Made by a program: the position numbers and the translations under genes. A DNA stretch of 39,108 nt from NCBI GenBank assembly GCA_900318605.1, contig ONLJ01000011.1, positions 1 to 39,108 on the forward strand. Reading direction: 5' to 3'. This DNA is from an uncultured Rhodospirillaceae bacterium (GTDB taxonomy: Bacteria > Pseudomonadota > Alphaproteobacteria > RF32 > CAG-239). Below the pieces are notes generated by a model. It did no database searches. It was not told the DNA's origin and saw nothing but the letters and a program-made list of their open reading frames with translations. Shown one piece after another: positions 26,074-36,646 of the stretch (positions are counted from its first letter, which is position 1; the number at the start of each line of letters is the position of its first letter).

Positions 26074-28575
26074 ATGAACTTAGAGAAATTTACCGATAGG
26101 AGCAGAGGCTTTCTGCAAAATGCCGAAAAGTTGGCGGGAAAGATGAATCATCAGTTCATCACACCGGAACATTTATTGAAAGTCATGCTTGAAGATAATG
26201 ACGGAATGGCAGCAAATTTACTGCGCCAATCCGGTACCGATGTCAATTCTTTAAGGCAGAAAATCGACGATGAACTTAACAAACTTCCGAGTGTTGAAGG
26301 TCAAGGAGTGCAGCTTTCGGCTTCCCAGAGTTTAATAAAAGCTCTGGCACAAGCCGAGGATATGGCTCAAAAAGCCAAAGACACTTATGTTTCGGTTGAG
26401 CGCTTGTTACAAGCCTTATTGCTCGGCAAAAATTACGGTGTTGATTTGAAAGCCTTAAATACGGCAATCAATCAAATGCGCCAAGGAAGAACAGCAGATA
26501 GTGCATCTGCTGAAGATTCAATGGAAGCCTTAAAGCGCTTTGCGATTGACTACACCGCACTGGCCTCAAGCGGAAAACTTGATCCGGTTATCGGGCGAGA
26601 TGAAGAAATCCGCCACACCATTCAGGTTTTGTCGCGCCGCACCAAAAACAACCCGATTCTCATCGGCGAGCCGGGTGTCGGAAAAACGGCGATTGTTGAA
26701 GGTTTGGCTCTGAGAATCATCAACGGCGACGTACCTAGCACTTTAGCCCACAAGCGGCTGATGGCGCTTGATATGGGCGCAATGATTGCCGGCGCGAAAT
26801 ACCGCGGCGAATTTGAGGAGCGCTTAAAAGGCGTGTTGCAAGAGGTTTCCGCCTCCAAAGGGCAGATAATTTTATTCATTGATGAAATGCACACCGTTGT
26901 CGGAGCCGGCGCTTCCGAAGGTTCAATGGATGCCTCAAACCTCTTGAAACCGGCATTGGCGCGTGGCGAATTGCATTGCATCGGCGCCACTACCTTAAAG
27001 GAATATCAAAAATATATCGAAAAAGATGCTGCCTTTGCGCGCCGTTTTCAACCGGTTTATGTCGGCGAACCGAAGGTTGAAGAAACAATTTCCATTTTGC
27101 GCGGAATTAAGGAAAAATACGAGTTGCACCATGGTGTACGCATTTCCGATTCGGCTCTGGTAGCGGCGGCAACCATGTCAAACCGCTATATTTCCGACAG
27201 ATTTTTGCCGGATAAAGCAATCGATTTGATTGATGAAGCCGCCAGCCGCTTGAAGATGGAAATCGATTCCAAACCGGAAGCTTTGGATGAACTTGACCGC
27301 CGTTTGATTCAGCTCAAAATCGAACGTGAAGCCTTAAGAAAAGAAAATGATACAGCTTCCAAAGAACGCCTGCAAAAAATCGAAGTACAAATCAAAGATT
27401 TGGAAAAAGAATCGGCGGAGCAAACCGAAAAATGGAACGCTTACAAAGGTTCGATGATTGAAGCAAACCGCTTGCGTGAGCGCTTGGACAGAGCCAAAAT
27501 CGAAGCTGAAAGAGCCTTGCGTGACGGACATTATGAAAAAGCCGGCGAGTTGCAATATAAAGAAATTCCGGATTTGGAAAACAAACTGCGCTCGATGGAA
27601 AATAATCAATATCAGGCAACTCCTGAAACGGTTACGCCGGATATGATTGCTTTGGTGGTTTCGAAATGGACGGGAATCCCGACCGATAAACTTATGGGCG
27701 GCGAAAAGAAAAAACTGCTGGAATTGGAAGATAATTTAGCCAAACGCGTAGTCGGACAAGATGAGGCAATCAAAGCGGTAGCCAATGCCGTACGTCGTTC
27801 GCGTGCCGGCTTGCAGGACCCGAACCGTCCGATCGGCTCGTTCTTATTCCTAGGGCCGACCGGTGTCGGCAAAACTGAGTTAGCCAAGGCTTTGGCAGAG
27901 TTCTTGTTCGACGAAGAATCCGCCTATGTCCGCATTGATATGTCGGAATACATGGAAAAGCATGCGGTTGCGCGGCTTATAGGCGCTCCTCCGGGATATG
28001 TCGGCTATGACGAAGGCGGCGTTTTGAGCGAAGCCGTACGCCGTCGTCCGTATCAGGTTATTTTGTTTGACGAGGTTGAAAAAGCGCACCCTGATGTGTT
28101 CAACATTTTGCTTCAGGTACTTGATGACGGCCGCCTGACCGACGGTAAAGGTCGCACGGTTGATTTTAAGAACACCTTCATCATTATGACATCAAACCTG
28201 ATTACCAATGAGAATCAAGGCGACATGATGAATATCTTAAAATCATTCTTTAAGCCGGAATTTTTGAACCGTTTAGATGAAATTATTCTCTTTAATCCTT
28301 TAAATAAAGAGAATTTACGAAAAATTGTTGACATTCAGACATCTCGCTTACAGGAACGTCTGCTTACCCGTCAAATCAAACTCGAGATTGAAGATTCTGC
28401 GCGTGATTGGCTCTCTGAAAACGGTTATGATGCCGAGTTCGGCGCCCGTCCGTTAAAGCGCCTTATCGTACAGGATTTGGAAAATCCGCTGGCGATGATG
28501 CTCTTGGACGGCGAAATCAAGGACGGCGATACCGTGAAAATCTACGCGGATTCCGACGGATTGCAAATAAAATAA
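26074..28575 (+). CDS. clpB: Chaperone disaggregase ClpB
   Basis: 833 aa with a Clp N-domain ([14 protein letters not shown]), two AAA+ modules ([15 protein letters not shown]; [15 protein letters not shown]), a long coiled-coil middle domain between them, and [13 protein letters not shown]-type sensor motifs. RBS AAGGAG at 26061-26066. Confidence 0.96.
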   Translation: MNLEKFTDRSRGFLQNAEKLAGKMNHQFITPEHLLKVMLEDNDGMAANLLRQSGTDVNSLRQKIDDELNKLPSVEGQGVQLSASQSLIKALAQAEDMAQKAKDTYVSVERLLQALLLGKNYGVDLKALNTAINQMRQGRTADSASAEDSMEALKRFAIDYTALASSGKLDPVIGRDEEIRHTIQVLSRRTKNNPILIGEPGVGKTAIVEGLALRIINGDVPSTLAHKRLMALDMGAMIAGAKYRGEFEERLKGVLQEVSASKGQIILFIDEMHTVVGAGASEGSMDASNLLKPALARGELHCIGATTLKEYQKYIEKDAAFARRFQPVYVGEPKVEETISILRGIKEKYELHHGVRISDSALVAAATMSNRYISDRFLPDKAIDLIDEAASRLKMEIDSKPEALDELDRRLIQLKIEREALRKENDTASKERLQKIEVQIKDLEKESAEQTEKWNAYKGSMIEANRLRERLDRAKIEAERALRDGHYEKAGELQYKEIPDLENKLRSMENNQYQATPETVTPDMIALVVSKWTGIPTDKLMGGEKKKLLELEDNLAKRVVGQDEAIKAVANAVRRSRAGLQDPNRPIGSFLFLGPTGVGKTELAKALAEFLFDEESAYVRIDMSEYMEKHAVARLIGAPPGYVGYDEGGVLSEAVRRRPYQVILFDEVEKAHPDVFNILLQVLDDGRLTDGKGRTVDFKNTFIIMTSNLITNENQGDMMNILKSFFKPEFLNRLDEIILFNPLNKENLRKIVDIQTSRLQERLLTRQIKLEIEDSARDWLSENGYDAEFGARPLKRLIVQDLENPLAMMLLDGEIKDGDTVKIYADSDGLQIK

Positions 28576-28582
28576 CCGCAAC

Positions 28583-28615
28583 AAAAAAAGGACTGAATTT
28601 CAGTCCTTTTTTTTA
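28583..28615. terminator. Bidirectional rho-independent terminator between clpB and the convergent pilin-like gene
   Basis: A-run, then AGGACTG-aattt-CAGTCCT, then a T-run. It can act for both convergent transcripts. Confidence 0.75.
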
Positions 28616-28625
28616 TTTTTATTGA

Positions 28626-29102
28626 TTAGTCTTCGCCCTCTTCCTCTTCTTCATTACCATCATTTAAGTTGACGGAAACCAAATCTCCGCTTCCGCCCCA
28701 ATCTTGAGTGGCAATATGCATGGCAACATCACGAGGAAGACCTTTTACGGCAACGGCATAATAAGTTTGACCGTCCGAAGTGGTTTTGGCTTGAATCTTA
28801 ACCTCTCCGCCATAAGCATGAGTAATTTTATCAGCCTCATGCTTAAACGTATCCGGCACAATACCGAGTTCATAAGCTTCGTCAGTAGATAATTCTTCAT
28901 ACTGATCCTGTTTTATGAACAAAGTTTTTACATTATTGACGGTATGAGTGATACCATCTACCAACGTATTACTCCTATTTTTGTTCATTGCTTGTCGAAA
29001 CGCAATAACTCCGCCAATTGTCAAAGCCGCAACAACTGCTAAAACTCCGAGCATTTCAATCATAGAACGACCGAACTGATTTTGCTTTTCATTTTCATAC
29101 AT
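28626..29102 (-). CDS. Pilin/pseudopilin-like protein with a non-canonical prepilin-type N-terminus
   Basis: 158 aa. The N-terminus QFGRSMIEMLGVLAVVAALTIGGVIAF resembles the G|FTLIE prepilin motif (Gly at -1, Glu at +5, hydrophobic helix) but has Arg at +1. Small globular C-terminal domain with an acidic tail (NEEEEEGED). Confidence 0.5.
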   Translation of the reverse strand: MYENEKQNQFGRSMIEMLGVLAVVAALTIGGVIAFRQAMNKNRSNTLVDGITHTVNNVKTLFIKQDQYEELSTDEAYELGIVPDTFKHEADKITHAYGGEVKIQAKTTSDGQTYYAVAVKGLPRDVAMHIATQDWGGSGDLVSVNLNDGNEEEEEGED

Positions 29103-29193
29103 CCGTTATAATCTCCTTTACATAAACACTAACAATATTCTAGCATTGTTGCCGTTAATATGTCAAGCCGTAATTACAAAATTTTGCGCAAAG

Positions 29194-30549
29194 TTAATCA
29201 TCAATTTCCAAAGTCAGCCACTTACCTTTGGTATTTTCAAAGTGAGCTTCCGGATCATAATAATTAACATTCAATGCTAAATTTTTAGCCGTTAATTTTC
29301 CCATAGTCTGCAAAAGCTGCAAACCGGAAATATAATAATCGTGCTGAGCCTTGACTTCATTAACCTGAGAAAGCAATAATGCTTGATAAGCATTCAAAAC
29401 ATCTAAAACCGTACGATTACCTAAAGCTTCTTCTCTCTGCGTACCTTCCAAAGCAATAGCTGAAGCTCTGACTTGTTCTTTTAAAGAATCAATACTTGAG
29501 CGATTGGCCTGCATTGATTCCCATGAAGCGGTAACACCGGCTTCGACGGCACGTTCTGCCTCTCTTAAATTTTCTTTTGCCTGCCATTTTTGATACTTGC
29601 TCTGACGGATTTTGGCTCGTGTAGCACCGCCGGTATAAAGAGGAACAGCCATGTTTACGACATATTCCGTACTGGTAGTATGCGGATTATTGCTGATTTT
29701 TGAAGATGTTTCGGTTTTACCGGTTTTGGCATTAAAACTGACTTCCGGTAACAGAGCTCCTGTTTTACTTCTCACATCATATTTTGCCGCTTTAAATGAA
29801 CGTTGAGCGGCAAGCAATGAAAAATTGTTGTTCTTTGCATATCTTAAGGCATCGGCAAAACCACTTGGAAAGAACTTTTGTAACCCTTCTGGTTGTTCAA
29901 GATTTTCCGGCAATCTCCCGACATGATGAATATATGCAGATTTTGAAATTTCATAATTTCCTTCAGCGGCAATCAATGCAGATTGAGCTTGGGCATAACT
30001 TGCACGCGACTGAGCAACATCAGTGCGAGTAACCTCTCCGACATCAAAACGCGCCATAGTTTCTTCCAATTGTTTTTTCAAAAGTTTTTCATTGTTTCGC
30101 TGTAATTTTACGATTGCCTCATCGCGCAAAACATCTAAATAAGCACTTGAAGCATTGAGAAGAACGGTCTGCTCGGTGGCATACAAATTATTGATATCTG
30201 CTTTAGCGGCATTATCTGCCGAACGTACGGCGTTATAAGTTTGCAACCCGCTGAAAAGCGACTGCGAAATTTGTCCGTTGTAACCTTTGGCATATCCGTC
30301 ATTAGTCGGAGAACCATTGGATTTAACGTGTGAATCGGTATAATTGGCATTAGCGCTGATATTCGGACGAAAACCTGAACGAGCCAATGCCGCACCTTCA
30401 TTGCTGGCACCGCTCATGGCACGCCCGCCTTGTAAAACCGGATTGGTATTATAGGCTTCGCTCATTGCTTCAAAAATCGTTTCGGCATTTGCGTTCACAC
30501 TCAAAAACGTTCCCAATACAAATACCGGCATAAATTTCATCAGTTTCAT
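29194..30549 (-). CDS. tolC: TolC-family outer-membrane efflux/type I secretion protein
   Basis: 451 aa. Signal peptide MKLMKFMPVFVLGTFLSVNANA|E. Two repeats of the OEP pattern (AMSEAYNTNPVLQ...; LRYAKNNNFSLLAAQRSFKAAKYD...) and the typical L-x-x-V-x-x-A-Y heptad-rich helices. Confidence 0.85.
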   Translation of the reverse strand: MKLMKFMPVFVLGTFLSVNANAETIFEAMSEAYNTNPVLQGGRAMSGASNEGAALARSGFRPNISANANYTDSHVKSNGSPTNDGYAKGYNGQISQSLFSGLQTYNAVRSADNAAKADINNLYATEQTVLLNASSAYLDVLRDEAIVKLQRNNEKLLKKQLEETMARFDVGEVTRTDVAQSRASYAQAQSALIAAEGNYEISKSAYIHHVGRLPENLEQPEGLQKFFPSGFADALRYAKNNNFSLLAAQRSFKAAKYDVRSKTGALLPEVSFNAKTGKTETSSKISNNPHTTSTEYVVNMAVPLYTGGATRAKIRQSKYQKWQAKENLREAERAVEAGVTASWESMQANRSSIDSLKEQVRASAIALEGTQREEALGNRTVLDVLNAYQALLLSQVNEVKAQHDYYISGLQLLQTMGKLTAKNLALNVNYYDPEAHFENTKGKWLTLEIDD

Positions 30550-30718
30550 TATTGTTTCTTTCTTTATGTTTTTTTTGACTTTTTACACTTCAAATGGTTA
30601 AAAATCAAATAATTTGTTTATATTATTTGGGGATAATTTGCAATAATGTTAAGCAATTTTCAATTATTTTTGCTTTAATTTCGGTATAAGTAGGTATGTT
30701 AAAAAGTTATTAGGAGAA

Positions 30719-33190
30719 GTGAAAGTGATAAAAAGTACTAACGATACATTAAATGAAATGGATAGAGCTCGTCTTAAACTTTCAATAGAACATTACATAA
30801 AATATTTTATCGGCAAACGCGTATGCGAATTAACCAAGGAAGAAGCATACAAAGTTGTGGCATGGGCAGTGCGTGAATTTGCTCTCGATAAAATGTATGA
30901 GACAATGGAGCGTTACAATAAGGTAGGCACTAAGCGCGTCTATTATCTCTCAATCGAATATTTGATCGGCCGCTCACTTGAAAACAACTTACATAACCTT
31001 CACTTGCACGACATAATGAATAATATTAAAATTGACGGTTTTCCCGATATTTCATTACAGGAAATTTTTGAAGCGGAATATGATCCGGCTTTGGGTAACG
31101 GCGGTTTGGGACGTTTAGCCGCCTGCTACTTGGATTCGATGGCATCAATGGGACTTGCCGGCTTCGGATATGGCATAAACTACCAATTCGGTTTATTCAA
31201 GCAAAAATTTGAAAACGGCTATCAGGTTGAACAATCGGATACATGGCTCGGCGAAAATTCTCCGTGGCAGTTTGCCCGCTACGATCGCACGGTTTCGATT
31301 CCTATTGGCGGACATGTAGAAATGTATAACAAAGCCGACGGAAAAGTAAATTACGTTTGGACCAATACTCATACCCTTTACGGTGTACCTTATGATTTTC
31401 CGATTGTCGGTTATAACGGAAAATCCGTAAACTACTTGCGTTTATTCTCAGCCAAAACCGATGACGAACTGGATATCAATATTTTCAACAGTGGCGGCTA
31501 TATTGAAGCCGTCCGTGATAAGATTCTCACCGAAACAATTTCTAAAGTTTTATATCCGTCCGATAATATTGAATCCGGAAAAGAATTGCGTCTGACACAA
31601 CAATATTTCTTCGTATCATGCGCCGTCCAAGACATGATTCGCCGCTTTTTGGAAAAGAGCAACGATTTTTATAAAATGCCGGATTATATCTGTATTCAAT
31701 TAAATGATACTCACCCGGCTCTGGCTATTGTAGAAATGATGCGCCAGCTTTTGGACGTTTACGGACAGGAATGGGATGAAGCGTGGAACATTACCACCAA
31801 GTTGTTCGCCTACACTAATCACACTCTTTTACCGGAGGCTTTGGAGAAGTGGAGCAGCTCGATTTTAGGACGTATTTTACCGCGCCATTTACAAATTATT
31901 TATGAAATCAACCGCCGTTTTATGGAATTTGCCCGTTCAAAATTCGGCGATGATGCTTATAAACTCGGCAAAGTAGCTATTGTTGACGGCGAAGGTGATA
32001 ATCAGGTTATCCGTATGGCAAACCTTTCTATCGTTGGTTCGTTTTCCGTTAACGGTGTAGCAAAATTACACTCAGAACTGATTAAAACATCGCTGGTACC
32101 GGAATTTTTCGAACTCTGGCCGGAAAAATTTACCAACATCACAAACGGAGTAACACCGCGCCGTTGGCTTTTGCATGCCAACAATCATTTGGCAGACTTA
32201 ATCAGCGAAAAAATCGGCAAGGAATGGATTACGGATTTAGACAAGCTCCGCAATCTTGAGCCTTTCTTAAAAAATAAGGAATTTTTGCAAGAATTCCGTG
32301 AAATAAAAATTGAAAACAAACGCCGTCTGGCACAGAAAATGTATAAAGCAACCCGCGTTATGGCCAATCCGGAAAGCATGTTTATCGTTCATGCCAAACG
32401 CATTCATGAATACAAGCGGCAACTAATGACGATTTTACAGATTATCGGCGACTATCTTGCGATTATACGTGACAACACACACCCTATTACACCTAAGACC
32501 TATATTTTTGCCGGTAAAGCGGCACCGTCATACACATTTGCCAAGTTAGTAATTAAATTGATTAACAATGTAGCAAAAGTAATCAATAATGATGATCGTG
32601 TAAATGAATACTTAAAAGTAATATTCATTCCGGACTATAAAGTATCGGTAGCAGAAAAACTGATACCGGCAGCAGACATCAGTTGTCAAGTTTCCACCGC
32701 CGGATTTGAAGCTTCCGGCACAAGTAACATGAAATTTGCCTTAAACGGAGCTTTGACTGTCGGCACTTATGACGGCGCAAATATTGAAATACGCGAAGCG
32801 GTAGGCGCTGAAAACTTCTATTTATTCGGACTTACCGATGAAGAAATCCGCGCTAAACGATTAACTTATAATCCAAGAGATATATACGATAATTCCGACT
32901 ACATCAAACGTATTTTAAATACAGTGAACTCTAATATGTTCTGCGAAAATGATTATCCGCAGTTGTTCCGCCCGATTTATGATTCACTTTTAAACAGCGA
33001 TTATTATTTCGTTTTAGCTGATTTGGAGGCCTTTAACAATTCAATTCATCAGGCTGAAAATGATTTCAACAGCAAGTATGAATGGGCAAAAAAGGCTTTG
33101 TTGAACGTTGCCAGAATCGGTTATTTCTCAAGTGATCGTTCGGTTATGGAATATGCCGAAAAAATCTGGCATATTAAACCGGTAGATTAA
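30719..33190 (+). CDS. glgP: Glycogen/maltodextrin phosphorylase
   Basis: About 820 aa with YLSIEYLIGRSLENNL, DPALGNGGLGRLAACYLDS, NDTHPALAI and the PLP-lysine signature EASGTSNMKFALNGALTVGTYDGANIEI. Start uncertain: GTG 30719 is only 2 nt after AGGAG (30712-30716), whereas GTG 30725 has better spacing. Confidence 0.95.
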   Translation: MKVIKSTNDTLNEMDRARLKLSIEHYIKYFIGKRVCELTKEEAYKVVAWAVREFALDKMYETMERYNKVGTKRVYYLSIEYLIGRSLENNLHNLHLHDIMNNIKIDGFPDISLQEIFEAEYDPALGNGGLGRLAACYLDSMASMGLAGFGYGINYQFGLFKQKFENGYQVEQSDTWLGENSPWQFARYDRTVSIPIGGHVEMYNKADGKVNYVWTNTHTLYGVPYDFPIVGYNGKSVNYLRLFSAKTDDELDINIFNSGGYIEAVRDKILTETISKVLYPSDNIESGKELRLTQQYFFVSCAVQDMIRRFLEKSNDFYKMPDYICIQLNDTHPALAIVEMMRQLLDVYGQEWDEAWNITTKLFAYTNHTLLPEALEKWSSSILGRILPRHLQIIYEINRRFMEFARSKFGDDAYKLGKVAIVDGEGDNQVIRMANLSIVGSFSVNGVAKLHSELIKTSLVPEFFELWPEKFTNITNGVTPRRWLLHANNHLADLISEKIGKEWITDLDKLRNLEPFLKNKEFLQEFREIKIENKRRLAQKMYKATRVMANPESMFIVHAKRIHEYKRQLMTILQIIGDYLAIIRDNTHPITPKTYIFAGKAAPSYTFAKLVIKLINNVAKVINNDDRVNEYLKVIFIPDYKVSVAEKLIPAADISCQVSTAGFEASGTSNMKFALNGALTVGTYDGANIEIREAVGAENFYLFGLTDEEIRAKRLTYNPRDIYDNSDYIKRILNTVNSNMFCENDYPQLFRPIYDSLLNSDYYFVLADLEAFNNSIHQAENDFNSKYEWAKKALLNVARIGYFSSDRSVMEYAEKIWHIKPVD

Positions 33191-33210
33191 ACACCTTATT
33201 AAAACCGAAA

Positions 33211-33237
33211 AAACCGCCGCAAAGAAAGCGGCGGTTT
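33211..33237. terminator. Bidirectional terminator between convergent glgP and the OB-fold gene
   Basis: Perfect 10-bp stem AAACCGCCGC-aaagaaa-GCGGCGGTTT flanked by A-rich and T-rich runs. Confidence 0.8.
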
Positions 33238-33254
33238 ATCAATAAAAGGAATTA

Positions 33255-33644
33255 TCAATTTGTGTTGTTGCTGCTCATAGTCATTGAGTTGTCGCCGACA
33301 AATTCTATTTCCTCGGCATCAAGCGATGTTACATTACCCTCTTTATCTACGCTTGCGGTAATAATTACAGCCATATTCGGAACAAAAGTTTGACCTTTCA
33401 TCAACCCGTCATCGATTTCAACGGTTATATTTCCGGAGTCATCGGTAAATATATACATTTCATCACCCAAGCTTTGAGTTAAATTACCTTGAATATAAAT
33501 AATCGTGTCTTCCGGCATATTAGCCGCATCGGCAACATGAGTAACGGGTTTAGTAATCTGTTTTGCCGAATCCATTGCTTCAGCGGTATTAAATGTTAAT
33601 ATTGAGCAAAAAAGAGCCAAAGTGCATAAAATTTTATTTTTCAT
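33255..33644 (-). CDS. Secreted OB-fold protein of the YgiW/YdeI (BOF) family
   Basis: Start moved to ATG 33644 (MKNKILCTLALFCSILTFNTAEA, a signal peptide; GGAGA upstream). The mature part IYIQGNLTQSLGDEMYIFTDDSGNITVEIDD...ITASVDKEG fits the BOF pattern V.L.G.I....gdd.Y.F.D.tG.I.VeID. Confidence 0.55.
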   Translation of the reverse strand: MKNKILCTLALFCSILTFNTAEAMDSAKQITKPVTHVADAANMPEDTIIYIQGNLTQSLGDEMYIFTDDSGNITVEIDDGLMKGQTFVPNMAVIITASVDKEGNVTSLDAEEIEFVGDNSMTMSSNNTN

Positions 33645-33814
33645 TATTGTATCTCCTAAAAAAGTTGAACCGTAATTCATATATTGCCTAAAAATCACTT
33701 TTCAACGCTTTTGTTATATTCGGTAATAAAATGTGATATAATAAAAACAAAAAAAGTGCTTACATTTTTTTTATATGTTGCTAAAATGCGCGCAGTTTTT
33801 AAGGAGAAATATTT

Positions 33815-36415
33815 ATGGATACTAATATAAATGAAAAACAAGAACAAGAATACATTCATTCGCTTATTTCCAAAGTAAGCAAGGCACAGAAAGAGTTTTC
33901 AACTTATACTCAAGAGCAAGTTGATGAAATTTTCCGCCGTGTGGCATTAAAAGCCAGCTCACTTAGAATTCCTTTGGCAAAAATGGCGGTTGAAGAAACC
34001 GGAATGGGAATTGCCGAAGATAAGGTTATTAAGAACCATTTTGCTTCGGAATATATTTATAACAAATTCAAAGACACCAAAACCTGTGGTATTATTGAGG
34101 ATGACAAGGCTAACGGTCTGATTAAATTTGCCGAACCTATCGGTGTTATTGCCGGCGTCGTACCGACCACAAACCCGACATCAACGGTCATTTTCAAGAC
34201 CTTAATTGCCCTTAAAACCCGCAACGGCATTATTTTTTCGCCGCACCCGCGCGCCAAAAAATGCACCAATGAAACTGCCCGTATTTTACTTGAAGAAGCG
34301 GTTAAGGCCGGCGCCCCGAAAGATATTATTGCATGGATTGATGAACCGAATCTTTTGCGCACTCAATATTTAATGCAGCAATCGGATTTGATTTTGGCGA
34401 CCGGCGGTCCGGGAATGGTTAAGTCAGCCTATTCTTCCGGCACTCCTGCAATCGGTGTAGGTCCGGGTAATACTCCGGCAGTTATTGATGAAACTGCTGA
34501 TATTCAGATGGCGGTCAGCTCGATTTTATTGTCAAAAACTTTTGATAACGGAATGATTTGTGCTTCCGAGCAATCAGTTGTGATTGTTGAAAGCATTTAT
34601 GACGAAGTTAAAGCCGAATTTTTGAAACGTGGCGCTTATATTTTAAACAAAGACGAAGCCAAAAAAGTTGGCGCAACCGTGATTCAAGACGGCAAAGTAA
34701 ATGCCGCCATAGTCGGACAGCCTGCGGCAAAAATTGCCGAAATGTCAGGCATTAAGGTTGATGAAAAAGTCAAAGTTTTAATCGGCGAAGTTTCTAAAAT
34801 CGGCGCCGATGAACCTTTCTCTTATGAAAAGCTTTCGCCGGTTTTGGGAATGTATAAAGCTAAAGATTTTGACGATGCCGTTAAAAAAGCTAAGGCTCTG
34901 ATTGAATTTGCCGGATGCGGTCATACTTCGGTTTTATATACCAACCCGTGCAATGACGAGCGCATCAAATTCTACGGCGATACCATGCCGACCGGACGTG
35001 TTATGATTAACTGTCCGTCGTCGCAAGGCGCCATCGGCGATATTTATAACTTCAGACTTGAACCGTCATTGACTCTTGGTTGTGGTTCTTGGGGTAGGAA
35101 TTCTGTTAGTGAAAATGTAGGAGTAAAACATCTGATGAATATTAAAAACGTTGCCAAACGCGAAGAAAACATGCTGTGGTTTAAAGTTCCGCCGAAAATT
35201 TATTTCAAACCGGGATCTTTGGGCTTTGCCTTAAAAGAATTAAAAGGCAAGAAAAAAGCCTTTATCGTAACCGATAAACCACTGTTTGATTTAGGCTATA
35301 CCAAAAAGATTACCGATATTTTGGAACCGCTCGGTATTTCCTACAAGATATTCAGTGATGTTAAGCCGGATCCGGATTTGACCACCATCAACAAAGCCCG
35401 CGATATGGTTAACAGCTTTGAGCCTGATGTTTTAATCGCTTTGGGCGGTGGATCTCCGATTGATGCCTGCAAAATTTTGTGGATTATGTACGAGCATCCG
35501 GAATTAAAGTTTGAAGATTTAGCACGCCGCTTTATGGATATCAGAAAACGTATTTTCGAATTTCCGGAGATGGGCGTTAAGGCTCAGATGGTTGCTATTC
35601 CGACAACATCAGGTACAGGTTCGGAAGTAACCCCGTTTGCCATTATTACCGATGATGCAACCGGCGTTAAGTATGCAGTTGCCGACTATACCTTAACTCC
35701 GTCAATGGCGATTATCGATACTGATTTGGTAATGACCATGCCGAAAGGCTTGTGCGCCGCTTCGGGTATTGACGTTATGACTCACGCTCTTGAATCGTAT
35801 GTTTCAAACATGGCAAATGATTACACCAGAGGACTTTCGGTTGAGGCCGGTCGTTTGATTTATGAGAATCTCATAAAATCATACGAAACAGGCGATGCAA
35901 CTGCACGTGAAAAAGTTCATCATGCGGCAACTATTGCCGGTATGGCATTTGCCAATGCTTTCTTGGGTGTTTGCCACTCGATGGCTCATAAGCTCGGTGC
36001 GGCATTCCATATACCGCACGGTTTTGCCAACGCATTACTCATCAATCAGGTAATTCGTTACAACTCTAATGATTGCCCGACGAAGCAAGCAACATTCCCG
36101 CAATATCGTTATCCGAACACCAAAGCCGCTTATGCCGCGTTTGCTAAAGGTATAGGCATAAAGGGTAAAACCGATGATGAGTTGGTCAATAACCTGATTG
36201 CCGCAATTGAGGAAATGAAGAAAAAGCTCAACATTCCTCTTTCGATTAAAGATTGGGGCATAGCTGAAAAAGATTGGGAAAATGCGATGAAAACCTTGCC
36301 GGAATTGGCATTTGATGATCAGTGCACCGGAGCAAACCCTCGTTACCCACTGTTCAAAGAAATTGAACAAATGTATCGTTATGCTTATGAAGGCAAAACC
36401 GATTTTAAGCTTTAA
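33815..36415 (+). CDS. adhE: Bifunctional acetaldehyde-CoA/alcohol dehydrogenase AdhE
   Basis: 866 aa. N-terminal ALDH domain (VVPTTNPTST, FDNGMICASEQS) fused to a C-terminal iron-containing ADH domain (ALGGGSPIDACK, GVCHSMAHKLGAAFHIPHG). RBS AAGGAG at 33801-33806. Confidence 0.96.
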   Translation: MDTNINEKQEQEYIHSLISKVSKAQKEFSTYTQEQVDEIFRRVALKASSLRIPLAKMAVEETGMGIAEDKVIKNHFASEYIYNKFKDTKTCGIIEDDKANGLIKFAEPIGVIAGVVPTTNPTSTVIFKTLIALKTRNGIIFSPHPRAKKCTNETARILLEEAVKAGAPKDIIAWIDEPNLLRTQYLMQQSDLILATGGPGMVKSAYSSGTPAIGVGPGNTPAVIDETADIQMAVSSILLSKTFDNGMICASEQSVVIVESIYDEVKAEFLKRGAYILNKDEAKKVGATVIQDGKVNAAIVGQPAAKIAEMSGIKVDEKVKVLIGEVSKIGADEPFSYEKLSPVLGMYKAKDFDDAVKKAKALIEFAGCGHTSVLYTNPCNDERIKFYGDTMPTGRVMINCPSSQGAIGDIYNFRLEPSLTLGCGSWGRNSVSENVGVKHLMNIKNVAKREENMLWFKVPPKIYFKPGSLGFALKELKGKKKAFIVTDKPLFDLGYTKKITDILEPLGISYKIFSDVKPDPDLTTINKARDMVNSFEPDVLIALGGGSPIDACKILWIMYEHPELKFEDLARRFMDIRKRIFEFPEMGVKAQMVAIPTTSGTGSEVTPFAIITDDATGVKYAVADYTLTPSMAIIDTDLVMTMPKGLCAASGIDVMTHALESYVSNMANDYTRGLSVEAGRLIYENLIKSYETGDATAREKVHHAATIAGMAFANAFLGVCHSMAHKLGAAFHIPHGFANALLINQVIRYNSNDCPTKQATFPQYRYPNTKAAYAAFAKGIGIKGKTDDELVNNLIAAIEEMKKKLNIPLSIKDWGIAEKDWENAMKTLPELAFDDQCTGANPRYPLFKEIEQMYRYAYEGKTDFKL

Positions 36416-36435
36416 TCGGCTGAAAAACAACACAA

Positions 36436-36466
36436 AAAAAGGGCAGATTTTTCTGCTCTTTTTTTG
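36436..36466 (+). terminator. Rho-independent terminator after adhE
   Basis: AAAGGGCAGA-tttt-TCTGCTCTT stem containing one G-U pair, followed by a T-run. Confidence 0.65.
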
Positions 36467-36507
36467 TTACATTTTTGTTACATTTTTATTGTTTTTACCG
36501 TCATTTA

Positions 36508-36536
36508 TTGACTTTTAAATTTTTATTTGTTACGAT
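36508..36536 (+). promoter_or_regulatory. Sigma-70-like promoter candidate for the Cys-rich protein gene
   Basis: TTGACT (36508-36513), a 17-nt spacer, then TACGAT (36531-36536), about 110 nt upstream of ATG 36647. Pattern match only. Confidence 0.35.
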
Positions 36537-36646
36537 AGCTCAATAGCTGGTTTTTGATTTAGAATCAGAATTGTATTATGTTGAAAAAATGGTTTGCTAA
36601 AATTAGGATATATGGCAACTCATTGCTTTTGTTTATGGAGGAAGAT

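Noticed and set aside
36461-36482. Tandem 11-bp direct repeat TTTTTGTTACA x2, with a third TTTGTTAC at about 36526, upstream of the Cys-rich gene.
   Set aside because: It is very short, overlaps the adhE terminator T-run, and is expected by chance in AT-rich spacers. At most it is a weak candidate regulator site.
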